Shown here: positions 19,431 to 27,400 of the stretch, piece after piece
How the letters are laid out: each line of letters opens with the position of its first letter
Position numbering within the stretch: position 1 is the stretch's first letter
Source: an uncultured Spirochaetota bacterium
GTDB taxonomy: Bacteria > Spirochaetota > Spirochaetia > SZUA-6 > Fen-1364
NCBI GenBank assembly: GCA_963820435.1
Contig: CAWGAC010000008.1
Coordinates: 234,549-298,548, forward strand
Length of the DNA: 64,000 nucleotides
Direction: 5' to 3'
Made by a program: the position numbers and the translations under genes
The notes under the pieces: model-generated
Seen by the model: the letters and a program-made list of their open reading frames with translations, nothing else
The model's database searches: none
What the model was told of the DNA's origin: nothing

Positions 19431-20577
19431 GGTACGCAAAGCCGTAATGGAAGCAAAAGAGACTATTCAAAAGAACGCCAGGGATTCGATGCAGGCACAG
19501 GTCGAATCCTTCCTGCTCGCCAGGATCGGATCTGACGCCTGGACCGTCGGGACAAAGATCCCCTCGGAGCGTGAGCTCGCGGTAGAGCTCGATGTGAGCC
19601 GTACGACCGTCCGCAACGCGGTGCTTGCGCTGACGGCCCGCGGTCTTTTCGAGCGCTCCGTCGGGCAGGGGACCTTTGTCAAGCGGAAGCAGGGACCCAA
19701 GGCCGGGCCGCGCACCACGACGGGCACGCTGGGCTACGTGGTCTGCAAGGAGAAGTCCGAGCGCAAGCCTATAGCTTCCGAAGCTTTCTATTTCGACGTC
19801 TTCCTTGGAATCGAAGAAGAAACGGCCCGGTCGGGCCGGCACACCCTTTTTTCATATCTCGATGACTACGACCCGGAAGAACGCGAAGCCTTTCGCGCGT
19901 TCCTCGAGAAGGTGGACGGCGTCATCGTGGAGGAGGCCAGAAATCGGGACCTGCTCGAGCTGGTCAAGGCGAGCGGCGTCCCGACCGTGCTCCTGGCGCC
20001 GACCGCTTCCCTTGAGGGGCTCGACCTCGTGACCATGGATCTCGCCGCCGGCGCCCGGAGGGCGGTTCATCACCTCCATGATCTTGGTCATTCGCGCATC
20101 GCCATCGTCAATGGGCCGGTGCGCCTGGAATCGGCGCGGGTCCGTTTTCTTGCATGGAAGGAAGCGATCGAAGAGGCAGGTGGGGTCCCGGATGAGGAGC
20201 TCGTCGACGGCGATGAAGGCTGGTCCGCGGAAGCGGGCTACGCGGCGATGAATCGCCTCCTGGAGCGCCGACCGGATCTCACGGCAGTGTTCTGCGCCAA
20301 CGACCTGTTGGCCATCGGGGCACTTTCCGCACTTTCCGAGCGCTCACGCAGGGTACCGGATGACGTGTCCGTCATCGGATTCGACGATTCAGAGCTCGCG
20401 CGGCACGCGTCGCCGCCCCTTACGACAATGCGGATCCATTCGAGGGACATGGCACGAACGGCGGGCAGAAGGCTGCTCGAGAGGGTGGAGAACGGAAACC
20501 TGCCGTCGGTAAGGATCGAGTTTCCCATAGACCTGGTAGTCAGGAAATCATGCAAGGAGGTGAAAGCGGGGGAGTGA
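19429..20577 (+). CDS. GntR-HTH + LacI-type sugar-binding domain regulator (AraR-like); start may be 19447 or 19489
   Basis: KIPSERELAVELDVSRTTVRNAV...GQGTFV; TAVFCANDLLAIG, VPDDVSVIGFDD, PPLTT. Confidence 0.92.
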   Translation: MVRKAVMEAKETIQKNARDSMQAQVESFLLARIGSDAWTVGTKIPSERELAVELDVSRTTVRNAVLALTARGLFERSVGQGTFVKRKQGPKAGPRTTTGTLGYVVCKEKSERKPIASEAFYFDVFLGIEEETARSGRHTLFSYLDDYDPEEREAFRAFLEKVDGVIVEEARNRDLLELVKASGVPTVLLAPTASLEGLDLVTMDLAAGARRAVHHLHDLGHSRIAIVNGPVRLESARVRFLAWKEAIEEAGGVPDEELVDGDEGWSAEAGYAAMNRLLERRPDLTAVFCANDLLAIGALSALSERSRRVPDDVSVIGFDDSELARHASPPLTTMRIHSRDMARTAGRRLLERVENGNLPSVRIEFPIDLVVRKSCKEVKAGE

Positions 20578-20736
20578 GGAGAGGAGAAAGAACAGCCGCG
20601 GCACCGGGTTCCGCCTTGAGCAGCTGGTTCCCGGTGCCGCAAGCCGTTGGGTACGTTCGAAATATAGCCGACCGGCAATTGAACGTACAGTCGCACAACA
20701 GCGATACGATGTCGTATCGACCAAAGGAGAGATTTC

Positions 20737-22065
20737 ATGAAGAAGCTGAAGTACGTTCTGGCGCTGGCCTTCGTACTGATCGCCGCCTCTGCATTCGCGG
20801 CGAAAATCGAGATCACGTACATGGCCTGGTACAACACGACCGAGTCCGAGGCCGCGGATATCCAGAAGACGCTCGACAAGTTCAATACGTCGCAGGACAA
20901 GATCCACGTCACAATGATCGCGGTCAGCCGCGCTGACTATGAGACAAAGCTGAATACCATGGCCGCGGCGAAACAGCTGCCTGACACCTGCATCATGGCA
21001 GAACCCATGACCATCAGGTATGCCGCCGCCGGCCTGCTTGCCGACATGGGCGGCGTATACAAGCCGGATGAAGCCCCGCTCAAGTCACTGGCTTTCACCT
21101 ATAAGGGAAAAACGGTGGGCTACAGCTGCGCCGACGAAGTACTGCTCGTGTACTACAACAAGAAGATGTTCGACGACGCAAAGGTCGCCTATCCTCCGGC
21201 GAGCGCCGACAAGGCATGGACCTGGAAGGAGTTCGTCGCGGCAGCCAAGAAGCTCACCAAGGACCAGAACGGCAAAACCCCGAACGACGCGGGCTTCGAC
21301 CCGAACAACATCGTCACCTTCGGCGCTGATTTCAACAGGCTCTCATGGATGTGGCCGGTCCTCGCGGTTTCCAACGGCGGGGGCGTCATGAGCCCCGACG
21401 GCCAGCGGCTTCTGATCGGCACGCCGGAGAGCATCGAGGCCCTTCAGGCCATCGCCGACCTGTATGTGAAGGATCACGTGGCTCCCTCAATCGGCGACAA
21501 GAACAATATGCCCAGCCTGGACGTCAACCTCCTCACCGGCAAGGTTGCCATGGCGACTTCCGGCCAATGGGAAATCGGCGTCTCCCTGAAGAACTCCCTC
21601 AAGGACGGCCTGGTCTACGGCGTGGGCGTGCTCCCCAAGATGAAGAAGGCCGTCACGTACAACACCGGCGGGCCCTTCGTCGCTTTCGGCTCATCCAAGA
21701 ACCTCGATGCGGCCAAGGCATTCGTCAAATGGATGAGCGACGAGTCCAACGGCTGGGACCTCATCACCGGCGGCATCTGGATGCCCGTTTCGGCGAAGTG
21801 GTACGCGAACGAGACGGTCATGAGGAAATGGGCCGACAATGATATCCACCCCCCGTTCGCGCAGTACAAGACTGCGGTCATTGACTATGCAATGAAGAAC
21901 GCGGTACAGGTCCCCTGGTACTATTTCCCCAGCTACGACAAGCTCGATACTCTCATCAACTCGGGGATCACTGACGTCTGGAACGGAAATGTGACTGCCA
22001 AGGACTATATCAACGGAATTCTGCCCCAGGTGCAGAAGCTCTTCGACGAGAACAGGCCCAAGTAG
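20737..22065 (+). CDS. Sugar ABC transporter substrate-binding protein
   Basis: Signal peptide, VYYNKKMFDDA, WTWKEF, GKVAM; AAGGAG SD. Confidence 0.92.
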   Translation: MKKLKYVLALAFVLIAASAFAAKIEITYMAWYNTTESEAADIQKTLDKFNTSQDKIHVTMIAVSRADYETKLNTMAAAKQLPDTCIMAEPMTIRYAAAGLLADMGGVYKPDEAPLKSLAFTYKGKTVGYSCADEVLLVYYNKKMFDDAKVAYPPASADKAWTWKEFVAAAKKLTKDQNGKTPNDAGFDPNNIVTFGADFNRLSWMWPVLAVSNGGGVMSPDGQRLLIGTPESIEALQAIADLYVKDHVAPSIGDKNNMPSLDVNLLTGKVAMATSGQWEIGVSLKNSLKDGLVYGVGVLPKMKKAVTYNTGGPFVAFGSSKNLDAAKAFVKWMSDESNGWDLITGGIWMPVSAKWYANETVMRKWADNDIHPPFAQYKTAVIDYAMKNAVQVPWYYFPSYDKLDTLINSGITDVWNGNVTAKDYINGILPQVQKLFDENRPK

Positions 22066-22082
22066 GACGTGTCGACAACCAG

Positions 22083-22120
22083 GGGGTTTCCCCGGCCGCA
22101 TCCGCGGACGGGGAAACCCC
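22083..22120 (+). terminator. Intercistronic stem-loop after SBP gene
   Basis: GGGGTTTCCCCG...CGGGGAAACCCC 12-bp stem, no clear U-tract. Confidence 0.6.
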
Positions 22121-22145
22121 GCATTCTTGATTCAAGGAAGCGAAT

Positions 22146-23033
22146 ATGAAAACGAGAAGAACCCGCGGGACCACTGTCACTGCGTACCTGTTCCTCACTC
22201 CCGCGCTCCTGGGCCTGTTTTTCATCACGATATTCCCGATGATCGGCGTGATCGCGATCAGCTTGACCAATTGGACGGGGCTGGAGCCTCCCGTTTTCAC
22301 CGGACTGGGTAATTTCAGGGAGATATTCACGACTGACTTCTATTTTGCGAAGTCCGTGGCAGCGACTCTCTATTTCGCCCTGGGGGCGGTCATCTCGGGA
22401 ATAATCTACGCCTTCACGGTCGCCCTGCTGCTCAACCGGAAGATCCCGGGGCGCGGCTTCTGGCGTTCCGTGTTCTTCATTCCTTATATCGTGCCTTCCA
22501 TCGGCTCCTGCATCGTGTGGTCATGGATGTACGAATCGAATTTCGGCGTCTTCAATTACTTCCTGCACCTCGTGGGGATCAACAAGATTCAGTGGCTGCA
22601 GAGCGGGACATTCGCCGTACCGTCTCTCATCGTGATGACGGTCTGGGGGATGGGCAGCATGATCGTCATTTTCCTTGCCGGGCTTCAGAATGTGCCCCGC
22701 ACGTACCTGGAAGCCGTGGAAATCGACGGCGGGAACACCTGGCACAAGTTCCGCCACATTACGATCCCCATGATGACTCCCGTCATCTTCTACAATTTCC
22801 TGATGAGCATGATCACCAACCTGCAGGTGTTCGTTCCCGCCTATGCGCTGACCAAGGGGGAACCGAGCGGCAGATCCCTTTTCATGGTCTTCCTCATTTA
22901 TCGCGAGGGATTCATGCAGAACAATTTCGGCCATGCCAGCGCGCTGTCTCTCATCTTTTTCATATTCATAGCCGCGCTCACCGCCGTCATTTTTGCCACT
23001 TCAAAGAAGTGGATGTTCTACGAAGGAGAATGA
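22146..23033 (+). CDS. Carbohydrate ABC transporter permease (MalF/UgpA type)
   Basis: FTGLGNF, FLAGLQNVP, EAA-like LEAVEIDGG, ITIPMMTP. Confidence 0.92.
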   Translation: MKTRRTRGTTVTAYLFLTPALLGLFFITIFPMIGVIAISLTNWTGLEPPVFTGLGNFREIFTTDFYFAKSVAATLYFALGAVISGIIYAFTVALLLNRKIPGRGFWRSVFFIPYIVPSIGSCIVWSWMYESNFGVFNYFLHLVGINKIQWLQSGTFAVPSLIVMTVWGMGSMIVIFLAGLQNVPRTYLEAVEIDGGNTWHKFRHITIPMMTPVIFYNFLMSMITNLQVFVPAYALTKGEPSGRSLFMVFLIYREGFMQNNFGHASALSLIFFIFIAALTAVIFATSKKWMFYEGE

Positions 23034-23875
23034 GGCATACCATGACACGTTCGAATAAGGGAATGAATATTCTCGTCGCCCTCATCGTGGCCGTGATCGG
23101 TCTCGCGGTGCTGTTCCCATTCTTCTGGATGGTGCGATCCTCCTTCATGTCAAACATCGAGATCCACAAATATCCGCCGCTGATCCTGCCGACGACCTGG
23201 CGCCTGGACAATTATCCTTACACCCTGTCGGTTTTCCCGTCCTTGAGGTACATGGTCAACTCCCTGACGATCACGATCCCGTCGATCCTCGGGGTGCTCC
23301 TGACCTCGACGCTCGCGGCGTACGCGTTCGCAAGGCTCGATTTTCCCTTGAAGAGACTCTGGTTCACGCTGATCATCGGGAGCATGCTCATGCCGGGCGC
23401 CGTCACGATCATCCCGATCTTCGTGGCCTGGAGCGCGGTCGGCCTCAGCAATGGGTACGTCCCGCTGATCGTCCCGGCCTTTCTCGGCGGGTTCGCCGTC
23501 AACATTTTCCTCTGCCGTCAATTCCTGATGACGATTCCCCGGGATCTCGACGAGGCGGCGATCATTGATGGCGCCAGCCACGTCAGGGTCCTTTTCCAGA
23601 TCCTCGCGCCCCTCATCAGGCCGGTCCTGATCGCAATCGGGCTGTTTACGTTCATCCTGTACTGGAACGACATCCTCGGCCCTCTCATCTACATCTCGCG
23701 GAACGAGCAGAACACAATTTCGCAGGCGCTTGCCAATTTCCGCTCGGGATTCGGCACGGACTGGAAATCGATCATGGCTGCATCCTGCATGGCCATCACT
23801 CCACCGGTCCTGCTGTACTTCGTCGGGCAGAAATACTTCATCGAGGGCATTGTGCTCTCCGGCTTGAAGGCATGA
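23030..23875 (+). CDS. Carbohydrate ABC transporter permease (MalG/UgpE type)
   Basis: PFFWM, AAYAFARLDF, IPRDLDEAAIIDGA, QKYFIEG; ATGA overlap with the previous gene. Confidence 0.92.
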   Translation: MRHTMTRSNKGMNILVALIVAVIGLAVLFPFFWMVRSSFMSNIEIHKYPPLILPTTWRLDNYPYTLSVFPSLRYMVNSLTITIPSILGVLLTSTLAAYAFARLDFPLKRLWFTLIIGSMLMPGAVTIIPIFVAWSAVGLSNGYVPLIVPAFLGGFAVNIFLCRQFLMTIPRDLDEAAIIDGASHVRVLFQILAPLIRPVLIAIGLFTFILYWNDILGPLIYISRNEQNTISQALANFRSGFGTDWKSIMAASCMAITPPVLLYFVGQKYFIEGIVLSGLKA

Positions 23876-25773
23876 CCGTGACCGAAAGGCTGCACACCAT
23901 GATCGACTATCCCATTGCCCCGACGCCCTTCGGTTCAGTGTCCCTGGAGGACAGCTTCTGGCACCCGCGGCTGGAGACCAACCGCACCGTGTCCATTCCC
24001 GCGGTCTTTCGCAAGTGCGAAGAGTCCGGACGGGTCGACAACTTCCGCAAGGCCGCGGGCATCCTGCAGGGGCCCTACGTCGGGAAAATGCCGTTCGAAG
24101 ACACGGACGTGTACAAGGCAATCGAGGGCGCCTCTTATTCCCTCGCACAGCATGCCGATCCCGAGCTGGAAAAGTACCTCGACGGGCTCATCGCCCTCAT
24201 TGCAGGGGCGCAGGAGCCTGACGGCTACCTCTACACGAACCGCACCATCGATCCCGCGCACGTCCTGCCGTTTGCCGGGCCCGCGCGCTGGTCGAACCTG
24301 GTGATGAGTCATGAGCTCTACAACTGCGGCCATCTCTACGAGGCTGCCAGCGCGCACTTCCTCTCCACGGGGAAACGGACACTGCTGGATGTTGCCCTGC
24401 GGAGCGCCGCGTTAATCCGCGGCGTTTTCGGCCCTGACGGGCGGCGTGACATGTGCGGTCACCAGATCGTGGAAATGGGCCTTGCGCGCCTTTACCGCAT
24501 CACGCTGGATCGCGGCTACCTGGAGGCCGCGCGGCGTTTTCTGGAAGAGCGGGGCCGGCATCAGTCGCGGCCGCTGTACGCGTACGCGGACAATCCGGGG
24601 TACTGCCAGGATCATGTGCCGGTACGGGAACAGAGGGAGGCGGTCGGGCACGCGGTGCGCGCTGCCTACATGTACTGCGGAATGGCGGACGTGGCGGCGC
24701 TGCTTCCCGACAGGGCGTACGCCGATGCAATAGAGGCGATCTGGCGAGACGTCGTGGAGTCAAAAATCTACCTGACCGGGGGGATCGGCGCGCGGCACAC
24801 CGGTGAGGCCTTCGGGAACGCCTGGGAGCTTCCCAACCGGACCGCCTACTCGGAGACCTGCGCATCGATCGGCTCAGTCATGTGGAATCATCGCCTCTTC
24901 CTGCTCACCGGGGAGGCGAAATACTTCGACGTGCTGGAGCAGACCTTGTACAACAGTCTCCTCTGCGGGGTTTCCCTCGGAGGGGACGAGTTTTTCTATA
25001 CCAACCCCCTCGAATCCGACGGAGAGTTCCGTTTCAATCACGGAAGCGCGGGCCGGCAGCCCTGGTTCGACGTCTCCTGCTGCCCGACAAGTCTGTGCCG
25101 CTTCTTTCCCTCTTTGCCGGGATATGTGCATGCAACGGTCGACAAAACGCTCTACGTCAACCTTTTCATTGCCGGCCGCGCGAATGTCGAGGTCGGTGGC
25201 GTCCGCTTCCACGTGGTCCAGGAAACGGACTATCCCTGGGCCGGGGCGGTCCGCCTGCAAATCAGCCCTGAACAGAGGGCCCGCATGGAGCTGCGGATTC
25301 GGATCCCCGGCTGGTCTCGCGAGCGGATCATGGGAGGGAGCCTCTACCGGTTCGAACGGCCCTGCCCGGAAGCGCCATCGCTGCGCCTGAACGGGGAGCC
25401 GGTGAGCTTCGAGATGGACAAGGGCTACGCCGTCCTCGATCGCGAGTGGGATGGGGAAGACATCGTCGAGCTCGCCCTGCCGATGCCCGTGCGAAAAGTG
25501 GTCTGCGATGCGCGGGTCATCGACAACCGGGGCAAGGCTGCTCTCCAGCGGGGGCCGATCGTGTACTGCGTGGAGCAGCGGGACGCTGATCGGTCCCTGG
25601 ACTCGATTTCCCTTGGCGCGGAATCCAGCTTCACCGCGTATCAGGAGCCGGCGCTCTTTGGCGGCATCGCGGCGTTGCGAGGAAAGGGCTTCACGGCAAT
25701 TCCCTATTTCGCGTGGGCAAATCGGGGGCCGGGCCCCATGCGTGTCTGGCTGCGGAACAGGGGCGCGAACTAG
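23872..25773 (+). CDS. GH127 beta-L-arabinofuranosidase-like glycoside hydrolase
   Basis: DTDVYKAIE, HELYNCGH, GHAVRAAY, YSETCA, SCCP, RGPIVYC, IPYFAWANRG. Confidence 0.93.
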   Translation: MTVTERLHTMIDYPIAPTPFGSVSLEDSFWHPRLETNRTVSIPAVFRKCEESGRVDNFRKAAGILQGPYVGKMPFEDTDVYKAIEGASYSLAQHADPELEKYLDGLIALIAGAQEPDGYLYTNRTIDPAHVLPFAGPARWSNLVMSHELYNCGHLYEAASAHFLSTGKRTLLDVALRSAALIRGVFGPDGRRDMCGHQIVEMGLARLYRITLDRGYLEAARRFLEERGRHQSRPLYAYADNPGYCQDHVPVREQREAVGHAVRAAYMYCGMADVAALLPDRAYADAIEAIWRDVVESKIYLTGGIGARHTGEAFGNAWELPNRTAYSETCASIGSVMWNHRLFLLTGEAKYFDVLEQTLYNSLLCGVSLGGDEFFYTNPLESDGEFRFNHGSAGRQPWFDVSCCPTSLCRFFPSLPGYVHATVDKTLYVNLFIAGRANVEVGGVRFHVVQETDYPWAGAVRLQISPEQRARMELRIRIPGWSRERIMGGSLYRFERPCPEAPSLRLNGEPVSFEMDKGYAVLDREWDGEDIVELALPMPVRKVVCDARVIDNRGKAALQRGPIVYCVEQRDADRSLDSISLGAESSFTAYQEPALFGGIAALRGKGFTAIPYFAWANRGPGPMRVWLRNRGAN

Positions 25774-25842
25774 GCAAGCATGCAGGCACCCTGTGGTTTG
25801 GAAATCCCACAAGCATGCAAGCAACCTGGGGTTTTGCACGTT

Positions 25843-25876
25843 CATATTAATGGTTGGGCGCCCAACCATTAATATG
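25843..25876. repeat. Perfect 34-bp palindrome CATATTAATGGTTGGGCGCCCAACCATTAATATG
   Basis: 17+17 exact reverse complement with no loop, AT-rich, between convergent genes. Confidence 0.95.
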
Positions 25877-25923
25877 GGAGGGATTTGGTCCAATGCGGCG
25901 AGGTGTGTCCGGCAAATACGAAA

Positions 25924-27207
25924 TCAACCGCGCACCAGGGCCGCGAGAAGGGACAGGAGCAGGCCGACGCAGCCGCCGACCACGGCACCGTTCAGCCGGA
26001 TGTATTGGAGGTCATTTCCGACCGCATCTTCGATGCGGCGCACGAATTCCCTTTCGTCCGTGCTCTTGAGGAGGGTGGCGAGATAGCCGGTTATGCCCTC
26101 GATCAGGCGGCTCTTTGCGATGGCCCCTGAGATGAGGCCCGCGACCCCGCGATTGAACCCCAATCTGAACTCGGTATTGCCGCCGAGCCTGTCCTCCAGG
26201 GCGCGTTCGATATGCGCGAGGCCTTCGATGAACCTGCTTTGCGGCTGGGCAAGGTCCACGTCGAGCCGCGCAAGGAGATTTGCCACGAATTGCACGCTGC
26301 TTTTTTGAAACCCCTCATCGCCGAGCACGTCACGGACCCATGCGCGAAATCGTCCGCGATCGCCGCCCGGGTCCGGGGCGGTTCCCGCGAGCCGGGCAGC
26401 GTACGTATCGAGCGTGACGTCCAGGAAACGACGCAGCTCGTGGTTCCGGTTGGACCGTATCTGCGCCAGCTCATTCTGCACCCCTGAGAGAAGCCGCTCG
26501 ACGGTGCCCTGGCCGACGAAGATGCCCTGCCAGCCCGCGTTTCGCTTGATGATGGGAGTCAGGGCGGCGGCGAGACGCGCGATGTTCTTTCCTATTTCGA
26601 TCCGCAGCAGCTCCGAAACGCTTTCAATGATCCGCTCATCGAGGCGCTCCCGGCGCGCCCAGTTGAGGAGCGACGCGAATGCGGAGGCTGAGTCGAGCCT
26701 GTTCCCGACAAAAGCGAGGACTTCCCTCATGAGCATCGTGAGGCCTTCCGCGGCGGAACCCTCCTTATAACCGGCGAGCAGGGAGGACAGCCGCTTGCGC
26801 ACGAAATCGTGGATCTCCTCGCGTGAGCCGCCTTCACCGATCAGCTTCTGGACCTTGCCTCCGAAATCCACGTTCGAAAGCTCGACGGCAATCCTTTCCT
26901 CGCTCACGAAGCTCGTGAGGAACCGTGGCACCGCATCCGCGATGGCGTCCTTGTTCTTCGCGATTATATCGGTGTGGCGCAGCTTGACGCCCAGCGGGTT
27001 CCTGAACAGCGCCGTCACCGCGAACCAGTCCGCAAGGGCGCCCACGAGGGAAGCGTCGAAAAAAGCCGCCAGCAGGCCCTTGAGAGACAGGGCGTTGTAC
27101 AGAATGAGCCTGTCGAGCGGAATCCAGGGCTGGAACATGACGAAGAGAAAACCCGCCAGCGCCGCCAGGAGCGAAACGGTTCCGATGCGGTTCCTGCGCT
27201 TGCTCAC
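25924..27207 (-). CDS. DUF445 family membrane protein
   Basis: ASLVGALADWFAVTALFRNPLG...HTDII; C-terminal VGNDLQYIRLNGAVVGG. Confidence 0.92.
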   Translation of the reverse strand: MSKRRNRIGTVSLLAALAGFLFVMFQPWIPLDRLILYNALSLKGLLAAFFDASLVGALADWFAVTALFRNPLGVKLRHTDIIAKNKDAIADAVPRFLTSFVSEERIAVELSNVDFGGKVQKLIGEGGSREEIHDFVRKRLSSLLAGYKEGSAAEGLTMLMREVLAFVGNRLDSASAFASLLNWARRERLDERIIESVSELLRIEIGKNIARLAAALTPIIKRNAGWQGIFVGQGTVERLLSGVQNELAQIRSNRNHELRRFLDVTLDTYAARLAGTAPDPGGDRGRFRAWVRDVLGDEGFQKSSVQFVANLLARLDVDLAQPQSRFIEGLAHIERALEDRLGGNTEFRLGFNRGVAGLISGAIAKSRLIEGITGYLATLLKSTDEREFVRRIEDAVGNDLQYIRLNGAVVGGCVGLLLSLLAALVRG

Positions 27208-27400
27208 TCGGGCGCGGCCTCAGAATGCCCCAAGGACGGCCGCAAGCGCAAGAACAGCCAGCGGATAAAAGCAGGCTTGTGACAGGGCAACCGGACAATC
27301 AGGATGCGTGAACCGGCCATGAGAAACCCCCGAAAGATGAAAAGTCAGCATATACGAACGGCTCCCGGCGCGCAATCGGTGTTTCGTGTATCCTCACCTC

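Noticed and set aside
27220-27351. 43-aa minus-strand ORF (MLTFHLSG...PLAVLALAAVLGAF) upstream of the DUF445 gene
   Set aside because: There is no clear SD or family motif. It could be a remnant or a small membrane peptide but cannot be supported.
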